64,000 bases of DNA from Lama glama (taxonomy: Eukaryota): NCBI GenBank assembly GCA_028534125.1, contig CM052817.1:96846001-96910000 (forward strand), read 5' to 3'. Made by a program: the position numbers and the translations under genes. Shown here one piece after another: positions 14,939-29,465 of this stretch. Positions within the stretch are counted from its first letter, which is position 1. The number at the start of each line of letters is the position of its first letter. The notes beneath the pieces are model-generated. The model was not told the DNA's origin. It was given only the letters and a program-made list of their open reading frames with translations, and did not search any database.

Positions 14939-16617
14939 TAAATCAGTGTCTATAACTCTGAATTTTTTTAGGGGAAGTTTCTTCCCAAATAAAACTTATT
15001 GTTACTTTTTAATACTGAAACTTGATTTGTAGGAAGAACTTGAAGAACCTTTAACATTTATCTTTATACATACATAAAGATACAATACCTTTGTTAGTTA
15101 TTTGCTGACTTATACATTGACCTGACTGTTAACTTATACATTGATCTTGTGTTTTCATTTGGTTCTGGTATCGAACGCATGGTTATGTGTGTATGTCATA
15201 AATAAAAACAGTGCTCTCCTTAAAAAAAAAAAACCTTAGGCATATTTATAAGAAAAATATTTAATTGGCATATGGCAGTACAGGGTTTGAATAAAAATGA
15301 GAGTATAAAAGTCTCGTATTTGGAATAAAAAGAAAACTGAGAATGCCAAGTTTTTTTAATGATGCTATATATTTTTAAAAAGATTAAAATGATGTTATAG
15401 AAGCTGAAATGCTCTAAAGATCTAACTATTGGATCCCTTCAACTTAAGAGTGTGCATTTTATTTAAAATTTTTAATCAATGCTTTCAGCAAAGTAATAGT
15501 TTCGGTGCAGTGGTATGCATGTGTGGTGTTAGAGGTTTATAATAAAAATTAAGTTCCTGTGTATTCAAAGCTTTCCCACACGTCCATATTCTCTGGAACC
15601 AGTAACTCCATTTCTGGGAATGCCTCCTCAAGAAATGGTCGGAAGTACTTTTGCTTTGAATATTTTTGTATATAAAGCTCATTGTTCGTAATTGCAAAAG
15701 TCTGGTGACAGTCCGAAGCCTAGTGACCAGGACTGGTTAGATATACAATGGTGCTTCCACCGGCCCAAACACTAGGCAGTTATTTGATGAAATATGTGGA
15801 AAAGGGGCACTTTAAGTGGGGAAAAAAAATCAGGCAACAAAATTTTATATTTACTTGATACCTGTTAAAAACCACCTTATAGGTGTGGAAAGGAATGGTT
15901 GGATGGTGGGCCTGTGGACAACTTTATACTTTACTGCTTTCATATTCTAAAATACTTTAAATGAGCATTTTATGATGGGGAAAATAAACTTTTAGGAGAA
16001 TGTTTATTGCTGTGCAACTCTACACGAATTACAACTGATTTCTAAAAATAGTTAATAATGTCTTGAGCATTTATCTTTAAAAAGTAAATTCAGTTGGATT
16101 AACATACTGCCCTCAAGAAAAATTGTTTCCCTGATTCCTTTCCAATTTTATGGTCACAGTTTTATTGAAATAGTACTTATTTAATGTGTTGACTTACAAA
16201 TAACATGCATACGGTGTTACATAAGATAGACTAGTTAGTAAGCTCAACCCTTGTAAAATGAATGATAATTTGTGTATAAAAGTCATTTATAAGCAGACAG
16301 ATGATTTTATTTGGTCGAATGAGAGCCTTTTCTTCCATTCATGGCAGTCGCTTATTCATTGTGATTTTGTGGGCCCCAGTAAGTGAATACTTAAAACAAT
16401 TTTCAGGGAAGATGTTTCTCCTCTGAGAAATTCCATATTATATATATTTATCCACAGAAGACTATAAAAGCTTGTTAATCTGAAAAAAAAGCATAATAAA
16501 GCCTAGAAAATGTTGCCTGAAACTTTATTCTGTACCAGGTCTCTGGTTTATAACTTGAATATTTCTAATACCATATTTGTTCTTATTGAAGAAGTTTAAT
16601 TGTTTAATTGTTTCTAG

Positions 16618-16731
<114 letters not shown>

Positions 16732-18044
16732 TAAGTGTTGCTTTCTCTTAAATGTTCTCATTTTCTAAAGAGCAATAAAACTTGTTGATTAGAGAGAATT
16801 TTTTTAGTCTTAATACAGAAGATGAACTAAAATGTCTACTTACCTTTTAAAAAGTACATCCTTTTAGCCCTTCTTGATTTTTCATAAAGAAATAATCAGA
16901 TGGTCACTGTAACATTTATAAGGAAATAATTTGAGTCACTAAATGTATCAACACTAAGAAAATCATTAAAATAAATTGTGGTCTTTTCATATAAGAGAAG
17001 ACTCTACAGTTTGGAGATAAACATAATGTAGAATATTTAATGATGTGAGGCAATGTTCATCAGTAAAAATATTTTTTAAAACAAAAAACAAAACTATACA
17101 TGGTCCCAGTTTAGTAAAGGAGTGGGTGATAGGGGCCTAGAAACAAATACACCAAATTTAATAATACACAAATAATACAAAGAGGAGGAAGAGAAAAATC
17201 TTTGAAATCCCACCACCCAGAAAAAAATGATTGACATTGTGGTGCACGTCATATATAAAACTCCAAAGAAATAGTTCATACTATAAGAACTTGTAGAACT
17301 CAGTGATGTGTTAGTGTATTGTAGGTACAGGTCTTTGTAACAGTGAGGATATTTTGTTATTGCTTGGGTTTTTTTATTTTCGCATAGTATTCTGATGTGC
17401 GGCTATCACTTTCTAATGTCAATCTCCTGGTGACGTTTAGGTTGTTCCTATTTTTTTTTTTTTTTTTTTTTTTACCGTTACAAGCAATATTGGAGTGAAT
17501 ATTCTTGTATACAGATCTATGAAACCTTGTCTACTACCTCATTATTGTCTGTTTAAATTTAACCTAGGGGAGATCCCTAGGTTTGCTTGAAATGCTCAGT
17601 GTGGACTCCCTGTCTTGACTTCAAATAAGAGTGGTTTCAAAGTATTCTTTAAAATAATTTGAATAATCAATTAATACATGTGTAGATAACATTTAAGTAT
17701 TTGTCCTTTATTTCACTTTAAATTGTTATTGTACAAGGTGTTAGGCATTTGTCTATGTATAGGAAGAACTTAAAATCTAATTACTTGTGCAGCATTTCAA
17801 AATAAAAAAAGAGTGTAAGCCAAAAGCCAGGCTGTAAGTTTTAAGAGTACATAATCAAAATTCATGTGATGAAACTGTACCAGAAGAGTAAATCTGTAAA
17901 ACATACATAGACTACGGATACCTGGTGTCCTCAGGAGTATGTGGTAAAGGCAGGGTGGTGGTGGCGGTGGTCAGCCCACAGGTGGTACTGGGTTTAACTT
18001 TTTAAACGGCATATTTTTAAAACACCTGCTCATTTTATGCTTGA

Positions 18045-18299
<255 letters not shown>

Positions 18300-18693
18300 T
18301 GAGGAAGCAAGGGGCCCTAGGGAAGCTGGTCCTCGTCGCTGATTTGTAGTAGAGCCGGGAACAGAACCTCGGTTTTGTTCTTCTTAATCAGTTTCTCTTT
18401 CCGCATTTCTCCTCTTAGTCCTCGGGCAGTGGGTTGAGAATGCACTGAACTTTGCAAAGAAATCTTAGTGGCGTAGTACAAAATAAATTTAAACTTTTGG
18501 CTTTTTGTCTTGTTTTGGAAGAGGTCAAAAGTAATTTTGGAAAATGGAAAAATGAACATAATCCTGTGGGGGAAAGCCAGCTGTTGATACTTGATACTTT
18601 TGAGAAGAGAGAAAGGTGGTGCTTTTCCTTTATCTACGAAAATAGATTCAAACTCCAAGGTGGCTGATGCTCCTGTCGGTGTTGTTGTTGTAG

Positions 18694-18933
<240 letters not shown>

Positions 18934-19034
18934 TGAAAAGATGGTTCAAAGCGGGGCCACAGTAAGGCTCTTCAAATTGGGACGGGGAGGGGGAGCTTAT
19001 TTTTAGCATGGCAAGTCTGTAGTGGTAAAAATAA

Positions 19035-19343
<309 letters not shown>

Positions 19344-20124
19344 ACAGTGTGCGAAAGCAGACTGTGCTGCCACCGTGTTATTTCATCACCTGGTATCCCA
19401 CTGCTCAGGATTTTGTGCTTGGGACAAGCCATTAATGGTGGAAAATTTCAACACAAAGATAGGCGAAGACCAGGTACAACTACTGGATTTATACAACTAA
19501 GTTTTGTATATCACAAATAATCAGTCTAAATATCCTAGACTTAGACTTGATTTCTTAACACTACATAGAGTATCACATACGCAAATGGTAGAAAATGACT
19601 ACTAAATTTTACTGACGTTAACAATGCTTTAGCAAGATGATAGACATTAAAAAAAAAAAACAAAAAAAACAAAAAACAATCAATGCTTCCTACCACTGCT
19701 GCATGGATATAATGCTCTGGAATAAGCAGGAAATGTAATTCAGAATATGAATTAGTGGAACTTAATCATAATCATGTGCCATATATGCTTATCTAACAAT
19801 TATTTCTGTTTCTCACCTGGATGTCTTTCGATAAATTAGAATTTATCATTTATTTTCTGTAACTTTTTCTGTCTCTCATTCTTTAAACGTAGACCCTTAA
19901 TTTTTTAACAAAAAGTTCCTGATTAGAGAGAGACAGCAGAAAAAAATTAAGTCCCAAAATTTAAAGGGTTGAAAATTTATACCTACAATGAAAGATGACT
20001 GCATTTTACATCCCTACTAGTAGAAATATCTAAGACCTAATATTATTAATCTTAAAACAACTACTATCAAAAAATCATATTTGCAGCCACGCTAATAGAT
20101 TAATAGATTATCTGTGACTTTGAG

Positions 20125-20138
20125 AATAAAATAATAAA
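20125..20138 (+). terminator. TMEM184C: Tandem AATAAA, candidate TMEM184C polyadenylation signals
   Basis: AATAAA at 20125-20130 and 20133-20138; further hexamers at 20339 and 21151. Which one is used cannot be told from sequence. Confidence 0.45.
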
Positions 20139-21264
20139 ATGGACGGAAGACATGAGATAGAAACCCAGTCTGCTTTTCCTCAGTGCCATTAAAGTTGTCA
20201 GCAAGTGTAAACTATAGTCTTAATTCATCAGACAATAGTCAGAAGACTTGTAGGTGCTGTTGGGGAGAAATTTATTAATTGGGATGGAGTTCCTCTAATT
20301 GCTAATCATAACCCATTGGGTCTAACATTTACATTGAAAATAAAGTGCCAGAGTAGTATGTTGCAAATAGCAAAGATAAGTATTACTTCTCAAAACCTTT
20401 GCTTTGTATATTTAAGCACATATATATCTAATATGTACATACATGCATACTGGTTCATGGTAGTTAGGTACAAAGTTTTTACTCTGTCCATTCTTATAAA
20501 CTAAACAATTTTACCGACAGTAAAGGTGGGCAGTATAATAGAGGCAAGGAGAACAGGCAGTTTGGAGAGAAGATACATCTAACTTCCTGTGTGGTTCACT
20601 TAACAAACAGCACGCAGTGTATACAAGGCATGATGATCTTACTTATTAATCTTGCTACTTCAGGTCTTTAAAATTTGGACTAATTTTTTTTTTCTTACTG
20701 TGCATCCAGATCAAAACTTTGAAAAATACTGGTTTAGGTTTAACTCTTTCTTGAATTTATCAGCTTTTTAATTTTTCTTTGCCAGTAGCCCAGGAAAAAT
20801 GCTAAACGCCCAGATTTTACTTTGTCCCTCTTATACTCTTACTTAGATTTAGTCTACAGCTTCAATTCTTACTCAAGTTTGCATTCCCAAAACATGAAAA
20901 CTGAGAAGGTGGTTCAGAAGTATTTCAAGTATTTAAAAGAAGCAAGCTTGGAATTTACAGATAACCATAGCCCTCAGTCTTCAGTGAAGCCAACTTTTTG
21001 ATGTATCCCAACTATAAGTTTGGATTTAAGGGGAAAAAATCCAAGATGCCTAAAAAATGAAGATGAGATTCAAAATCCCTAATCTTTATAGGTTAAGAGT
21101 ATAGACTCACAGGTTTGGCAAAATTTAATCTGTAGTAAGTAAAACCAAGCAATAAAAACAGGTTCCTAATTTGAAAAATTAATGACAGCCTTTTCCAGAA
21201 AGGAAGTCTGCAGCAATATTTTTGTAATAATGCCACTTTTAAATTTCAGATCTTTTAAATACAC

Positions 21265-21270
21265 TTTATT
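21265..21270 (-). terminator. PRMT9: Candidate PRMT9 polyadenylation signal
   Basis: TTTATT on + (AATAAA on -), about 150 nt downstream of the PRMT9 stop. Confidence 0.65.
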
Positions 21271-21418
21271 AATGTCCATTTTAAAAAACATTCGACCATT
21301 AGAAGGAATTAAATCTCCATAACTCCATTTTATGATTACAATCCCACGACTAATTCAGACTACAAGAATTGTGAACTTGCTGCTCTATTTCCACATTTTT
21401 TCATTGGAAAACTGCTCT

Positions 21419-21634
21419 TCATTGCTTCACTGTGATGCTGACATTGCTTTTGTGGTGCTGGACGTTGAGCACAAGTTCATCTCCCATTTCCACCTGGATG
21501 GGGTTATCTAAAACAACTGCAGCTTGTTTCCAGTGGGAGGCTTCACTCGAAGTATCCAACCTAATCTCATCATCAAGGTACAGATGATACCAAAATGGAA
21601 TGGCAGTCACTTGTCCAGATTTACAAATGCGTAC
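21419..21634 (-). CDS. PRMT9: PRMT9 exon 12, terminal ([16 protein letters not shown]...SITVKQ*)
   Basis: tag|GTA acceptor; TGA stop; joined CDS is 2541 nt = 846 aa. Confidence 0.95.
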   Translation of the reverse strand, partial: VRICKSGQVTAIPFWYHLYLDDEIRLDTSSEASHWKQAAVVLDNPIQVEMGDELVLNVQHHKSNVSITVKQ

Positions 21635-21927
21635 CTATTAAATTAAACCACGAAAACTTCATCAGTGTAAACAGAGTAGATTTGGATAAGTCTTTGTCTT
21701 TTCAGTCAATTTTAGATCCAAATTTTATAAAGAAATATAATTAATCACCCAATTCAAATTAATACCAATCTATCTTATTCATTAATGTTTACCCAAGCCT
21801 ATGTCCGGATACTGTTCAGAAAATAAATAACATTTAAATCTTCAAAGAAAGTGACTAAAACTATTTCATGTATCTAAAGTACTACCTAGTTTAAGATAAG
21901 TCTGGAACGACAGGAGTAATCATTTTA

Positions 21928-22056
<129 letters not shown>

Positions 22057-22503
22057 CTAAAGAAAGTATACGGTTTTCACTTTTACTCAATTCTTTTTGT
22101 GACCGAGTCTCATTAAGTTTCCTGCTTTGTACTTGGCTCAATATGATACAGTGCTTTTCATATTTATTACCTCATTTAATTTAATTCCCACATCAACCTT
22201 ATTAAGGCATAAGGACTTTCATGATTCCAGTTTTATGAGAATGAACAAACTTAAGATTTTACACTGGTTAAATAATATTCCGTGGTTTCGTTATCAATAG
22301 ATTACTTGGGTAACAGCAGATTAAATTTTTATTTAGCCAAACAGCTCCAAAAATTTTAAACCAAAGATATGCTTATGTGTGAAAGATGAACCAATAAGCA
22401 AATAATACAACATTAATTACTGAACTGCTTGAGAAAGTATGTCAAGTGCAACCAAACAACTAATAGTGGAGTTCACTTTGAAAGTAATTTATGTATCTAA
22501 AAG

Positions 22504-22650
22504 GCAGTCGTTCTCAGTTTCAACTGCAAATTAAAATCACCCAAAGAGCTTTTAAAAAGCCCTCACAGCTCAGGCCACACCTCAGACTGACTGGAGCTGG
22601 GATCCAGCTATCGGTAGTTCTGAGAGTGCAGACAGGGTTGAGAACCACTG
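22504..22650. mobile_element. MER5-type hAT MITE
   Basis: Terminal inverted repeats cagtcgttctca ... tgagaaccactg. Confidence 0.6.
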
Positions 22651-23079
22651 CTGTAAGGTGCTGCATCCATTTCAGCGGCAACGGAACCTTCCTACTAACA
22701 ATTTAGCCTCCTTGTTTGAAATAGAAAGGAAGCTACTGTTGAAAAAGTACCCTCTTGCCTTTGAATAAATTATTAGAGAGCAGCTGTTCATGGTAAAAAG
22801 GACACAGACACATCAACCTCTCCCTGGGCATCCTTGAAGGGATCCACCTGTCCCCCACCCCATAAAAACTCAGTGAGTCCCTGCCATTCCCCTGTTTGCA
22901 TCAGTCACCAGAAGAACAGCCCTCGAGTCCTCTGTCCCCTGTCATCACCTGCACTCTATCCCCACACAGCTGCACCTTCCCTCATAGTCTGTCCTCACTT
23001 ACTTCTCAACTTAGCCGACTGGCCACTCCTGTCATCTTTGCTAATCCCTTCTTAGATTTCCCATCTAGAGCTCATAACC

Positions 23080-24056
23080 TTGTTGAGTTCTCTAGAATTT
23101 AGTTCTCAGCCCTGTTCTCTTTCTACACATCCCCAAGGTGATTCCATCCCAGTCTTACGGCTTTAAATGTCATCTACTAAATCTCACCACCAAATTCTAT
23201 CTCTAGCTGTTTATCTGAATTCTTATCCAACTGCTTAATGATCCCATAAAAATGAAGCACAACCTGATCCTCCTATTTCGCCTACATCAGTAAATGGGAA
23301 CTATGTTCCGGGCGCTTTCTCACAGACTACATCCAATCCATCAAAACCTGCCTTCAAAATATACCTACAGCCTACCACTTTGCACCACCTGCCTTGCTAC
23401 CACTCTAGTCGAAGCCACCACCACCTCTTTGCTGGGTTACTGCAATGGTCTTAGGCCCTTGCCTGCTCTCCACAGTGGTCCACTCCTAACACACCAACCG
23501 TAGTAATCCTTTCAAAACAAGGCACACCTCATCACTCCTCTGTTCAATACCATCCAGTTGTTTTCCACCCCGTTCAGAGTAAAAGCCAGAACGTTCACCA
23601 TGACCAAAAAGCTCTGCGAGACCTAACTCCTAATGCTTTTCTGATTGTATCCTTCACCTGAGCCTCCCTCATGGTTTCTTCTTACTGTTTCAAATACTCC
23701 AATCATGCTTTTGCCTCAGGTCATTGCGTTTGTTGAGCCTTTGACTTGGACATGGTGTGCTTCCTTATTTCTCTCAGGTCTCTGCTTAAATAGCACTCAT
23801 CCAGGAGTCCTTTCTGTACACATTCCCCGAATAAGAGACTACCCCGTACCTCCAGTTCCCAGTCTCCTCTAACCTCCTCACTTCTCACCATCTATCAAAC
23901 TAATCTTTCTACTCCTTTGTCTGTCTATTTCTTGTTTGTTTATTGTCTGTTTGAATGCTAGGTCCAAGAGTGCAGGAACTTACCTCTTTAGTTTCCTGAC
24001 TATATTCCCAAAACCTAAAAGCACATATAGTAGATATTTGTTGAATGAATTAATAC
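23080..24056 (+). mobile_element. L2 LINE 3' fragment
   Basis: Pyrimidine-rich L2-like body ending in the typical tail atatttgttgaatgaat. Confidence 0.55.
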
Positions 24057-25366
24057 ACCTCTGCTGTTTTCTGTATAGCTTTTTTTTTTTAAACAGCCTC
24101 TCATTTTGTTTCATTGGTTCACTCAGTTGTCAGTGTAATAGATAATCACCACATTAGAGAGGAGACAATATCATCTCAGAAAATGGGTGAGTGGACTTGG
24201 AGGGGTAAAACTGCCAAGCAGGTTCATGGAGCCTCTTGAGATGAGTAGTCATAAGTGGAAGTGAGACCAGTCAGCATATTCAGCTGTGGGGGTGCTGGTG
24301 CAGAGAAGGCAGAAAGTAGAATTCAACCAAGCTGGGATTTTCCCCGCCCAGCAGAAAAATGGAAGAGAAGGGATATATGAAAAATATACAGACCATGGAC
24401 TATAAGCTGTTGAGGAGGATATGAGTGAAGAGATAGCAGGATCAAAATATCATAGACTCTGATGGAATCCAAAATTGTTCACATCAGGACCGAGAGAGAA
24501 TAAGCTACAAGACAAGAGATGGTGGTATTTCTGGACCACACAAATAGTTTAAACTTCTCGGTCTTCTGACTGGTGTGTTTTCTTTGTTAAACTCTCCACA
24601 AAACTGAGATTAAGCAAATTCTAAAGCCTTAGCCTGCCCTGAAAAAAATCATTTCCTCAACAAATTTATATTTGTTGAGCAAGTACTGTCCATTGAAGAT
24701 CTAACAATGCATATTCAAGAGCTTATTGCCTGCAGCTTTTAGGTAAAAGGTTCAGCGATCACTCCTGTAACTCAGTACTCAGCATCCCACTACCCACGGC
24801 AGCGTCCCACCTACTGCCAGCCCCAAACCACGTCCCTAGACATTCCACCCACTCCCACAATTTTAACTCACAAATTTAATTCTGCTACTAGCACCTCTGC
24901 CAGCACTAAATCCTTCTTCCCCAGACAGCAACTAACGCCTCCTCCTTGAGCTCCAGTCTCCGGGGCGCCTACATTCCTGCTCCCTGCAGTCTGACTGCCG
25001 AGACGAGATGTCAGGGGCTCACACCTGCCAGCCTGGAGTCTCACTGTAATTAGGGGTTCATGTTTAGAACAAAGGTTTTCTGGCTGCTGCTTTTTTTAGA
25101 CAAGCAGCACACTTGTTCCTAAGACTAAACCCAGCAGCCTATTTTTCATTTATAACGGTGGTTCAGAGCAGTATCTATTGACTTTTGTCAGCAGGAACAA
25201 CAGAATTCCTTGGCTACACTAACCCCTAGGTTGATTTTTACCAGTAATAAGTTCCTTTGCTCTAGAAGACTGATTACCATCCTAATCCAACTAAACACAG
25301 TGACTATAAAATTACAGAGAGAGGATAAGGGAGATCTAACAGCCACCTAGTTGAACTTCTCTTCTA

Positions 25367-25642
<276 letters not shown>

Positions 25643-27303
25643 TTAGGCTGGTAGCCAGCCAGTGGTTCAGAATGGCAAACTGCCTGCAAAGCAACCAGTC
25701 AGCTGGAGGGACAGAAGCTTGTAGATTCAAGAAGAGTCATCAATGGCTATTAAAACTAGTGGGTGAAAGTTTGATGAGGAAAAGGATATTCAGAAGTCAT
25801 CTTACTAAATTTTCTAGACAAATGAAGTTATTTGCTATTTGTGATCGTTTCAATGAAACCAGATCTAATTTTTCTTAAGATCACGAAGTCTCAAATTTGA
25901 GAGACAAGCCACAGAGCTTTATGTTACTTGACTAATTCCCTCCACCCTCAAATAGCCACAAGAGGGTAGCAGTCTATGAAATCAGAGACAAAAAGGTACA
26001 CAGGTTAATAAAGCCAAGCTTCTTACCATAAAACCTATGGGAGAGAGGGAGGGCGGCAGGCAAGACCATCAAGTCTTTTATGGGGTAACTAAAAACTTGG
26101 GCTAAACAGAATGTCCAAAATACATCTGCTGAACCCTAGAAAGTCAGAAAAGGCTGAACCAAGTACTAACCACCAAGCCAGAGATAAATACTAGTCAAAA
26201 GCAAGTATGAAAATTATTTTAAAAGGACACGTTCACGCTACTTTAAAATCTTGTACAAACCCTTAACTCAATGTTACTGTCACTAACAGGAATGCTTCTT
26301 AGTTATGTGTAGATAAAACAGTAAGTGCGTTGAAACTCCACTTGGCTTTCCTGACACCGAGTGTTGTCACTGACACCAGTACAGCTGCCAGACTCCTCAA
26401 TGGAATCCTGTGCAAAGCCAAATATTTCTGAACCATCTGTGCCTCCAGAAATAAAAAAATATGTTCCACCTCAAAAGTCGAACCATAGATGGCAAAAATT
26501 CTGAAGACACTCTTCACTGTTTCCTCGTGGTCCAACAAAGTGTTTCTAAATGGTTTTAAATTAAAAAAAAAAAGCTTTTAAACTTTCTCCTGTATTTTAA
26601 TATAGTATGACTAAATAAAGCTTAAGAACGCACATTTTAAAACAACAACTGCAAAGGTAACTAGAGAGTGAATACTTAGGTTTGTACAATGGCTCATTTT
26701 TCCCTACCTTTTTTGGGGGGAAGGTTGGTATCCAGTGAAACAGATGCCCTGTATCCTTATCCCAAATATAATCTATTCTCTCAGCCCCAAACTTCATCTT
26801 CTTTCACCAGTCATGAAGTCTCCCCACTGTTAGAGGCTAAAGACCAAAATTAGAGGCCCGGGCGAGAGTAACTGCATACCTCTGGCCCCAGAATCAAGGC
26901 AAGCGTACGCACCCAAGAGTACCTGGTGAGGGGACCGCGCGATAGCTCAGGCTGAAGGAGGGGAGCCCTGGGTCTGCACTGTTGGCTTGGGGGGGGGGGT
27001 GTTCGCAAAGGTGGGAAGAAAACTGGTTAGAGCAATGAATGGGTGCCTCTAGCATTTAGTTCCCAGAGATGCTGAACATCCTGCAACACACAGGGCAGTC
27101 CTACATAATAACTGTCCCCAACTCACCCCTCAAAAAAACTGTCCCCCAAACTGCCAGTAGGACCCCCCCGAGAACACTGGGAAGGGGAACTGCAGATAGT
27201 TTATGTAAGATGTTTCCCACTAATACAACTAATCACTCAGAAAGTACATACTGTCTGATAAATTGTTTTTACAATCAACTGCTTTTAAAAAGAATCCTTT
27301 ACT

Positions 27304-27445
27304 GGGGGGAGGGTACAGCCCAAGTAGTAGAGTGCATGCTTAGCATGCACGAGGGCCTCAGTTCAATCCCCAGTACCTCCTCTAAAAATAAATAAATAAA
27401 CCAAATATCCTCCCCCAAAATAAATTAATAAAAGTTTTTTGAAAA
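27304..27445 (+). mobile_element. tRNA-Ala-derived SINE (vic-1-like)
   Basis: GGGGGGAGGGTACAGCCCAAGTAGTAGAGTGCATGCTTAGCATGCACGAGG...GTTCAATCCCCAGTACCTCC plus AAAT tail; flanked by imperfect duplication aaaa(ga/a)-tcctttac. Confidence 0.85.
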
Positions 27446-27496
27446 AATAAAAAGTCCTTTACAAGGTTCCATTTAAGTAAAATGTGGCTGTCTGAA

Positions 27497-29465
27497 AGAA
27501 AGCTTTTCCTCTAAGATCAGGAACAAGACGAGGATGCCTGTTATCACCACTTCCATTCAACATAGTTACTAGAAGTCCTAAGTGAGGCCAGCACACAGCC
27601 AAACAGAAAAGGCATGTCCTTGCCATGGTCCCTCCTCCAGGCATAGCGCGGTACAATCAGAAGAAAACTAACTCCCAGCTTCTCCTTGGGGAGGGAAAGA
27701 GAAAAGAGGACTTACATCCAACGTTCCAACATTTTCAGGGGGCTGCCGAAGGGACTAGCCTTGGCTGAATGTAAGTGGTGATAGGAATGGCTGGGGACCC
27801 CTTAAAAGAGAGCACTTGGCTTGTTCGAACACTGGAGAATCTGCAGTACCACAGACAGACATCAGGGGGAGCTCTAGCACCATGACCTGCTACGGCACCG
27901 AAGAAGCTGCAGTACTTCAGGCAGACACCAGGAGGAGCCCCTGAGGAGAAACAGGCAAACCTCTTCACTAAGAGGTGACACATAATTATGCCCAGAGAAG
28001 ACGCACACCCAGAAAAAGCTTGAGAGGTCTCCAGAATCACTAGGCAGGCAGAATGGTAAAGGTCCTCTCCACACAGAGCCAGAAGCCTTTCTTTAAGTCC
28101 AAGTCCTCTTAAAGGTAACAAGGCATACAAAGAAACAGGAAAACATGGCCCAATCAAAGCAACAAATCTCCAGAAACGGACTCTGAAGAAACACAGATCT
28201 GCAAGTTACAGAGAATTTAAAATAACTGTCACAGGATGCATGAAAAATGAAATCAGGAAAATGATGCATTAATAAAAATGATAATATGAACAAAGAGATG
28301 GAAACTGAAGAACCAAACAGATATTCTGAGCTAAAGAATAACTGAACTCAAAAGTTCACTAGAGGGATTCAGCAGCAGATTTGACCATACAGAAGAAAGA
28401 ACCAAGAGCAAAAATACACCAATGGGACTACGTCAAATTTTTAAATGTCTGTGTATCAAAAAACACAATCAACAGAATGAAAAGGCAACCTACGGAACGG
28501 GGGAAAACATCTGCAAATCTTGTATCTCGTAAGCGGTTAATATCCAGGATACACAAGGAACTCCTATAACTCGACAACAATAATTTAAAAAATTTTTAAA
28601 TGGGCAATGGACTTGAATAGATAATTCTCCAAAGATACACAGATGACCCACAAGCATATGAAAAGATGCTCAACATTACTAATCATAAGACAAATGCATA
28701 TTAAAGCAATAATGAGATACCACCTCACACCCATTAGGGTGGCTACTACCAGAAGTATAAAAACAAGTGCTGGCAAGGATTCAGAGAAACCGGAAGCCTT
28801 GTGCACTGCTGGTGGGGATGTAAAATGGTACAGCTGCTGTGGAAGACAGAAGGGCAGTTTCTCAAAAAATCAAAGATAGAATTACCATATGATCCAGCAA
28901 TTCCACTCTGGGTATATACCCATAAGACGTGAAAGCAGGATCTCAAAAGATGCTGGTACACGCATATTCATTATTACCATTCACAACAGCTAAAACGTGG
29001 AGGCAACCCAAGAGTACATCAGTGGATGGGTAAGCAGAATGTGATATATACATACAATGGAGTATTATCCCACCTTAAAAAGGAAGGAAATTCTGACATT
29101 CTACAACGTGGATGAACCTGGAGGATATATGCTGAGTGAAATAAGATAATAACACACACAAAAACAAATCCTGTCTGGTTCCAGTCACGTGAGGCACAGT
29201 CAAACTCACAGAAGCAGAGGATACAATGGTGGTTGCCAACAGCTGGGGGGAGGCTGGCGTGAACAATTATTGTTTAATGGATACAAACTTCCAGTTTTAC
29301 AATATGAAGAGAGTTAAGGGGATGGCTGGAGGTAATGGTTCACAACATTATGAGAGTATTTAATACCACTGAACTGTACCCTTAAAGATGGTTAAGATGA
29401 AAAATTTCACATTTTACAAATTACGCATTTTACCACAAAAAAAAAATCAGAAAAAGAATTAAACC
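27497..29465 (+). mobile_element. Rearranged/deleted L1 (ORF2 fragment, 5'UTR/ORF1-like piece, ORF2 C-terminus, 3'UTR)
   Basis: ORF-track peptides match the L1 ORF2 C-terminus ([39 protein letters not shown]); gatccagcaattccactctgggtatatacc; A-rich tail. Confidence 0.8.

Noticed and set aside
17561..17583. Perfect 9-bp hairpin AACCTAGGG-gagat-CCCTAGGTT
   Set aside because: Too short for a pre-miRNA, and such stems occur by chance in 64 kb.
27304..27380. Functional tRNA-Ala genes (also 3460-3538 and 35383-35458)
   Set aside because: Stems are mismatched, copies differ from each other, and all carry SINE tails with target-site duplications.
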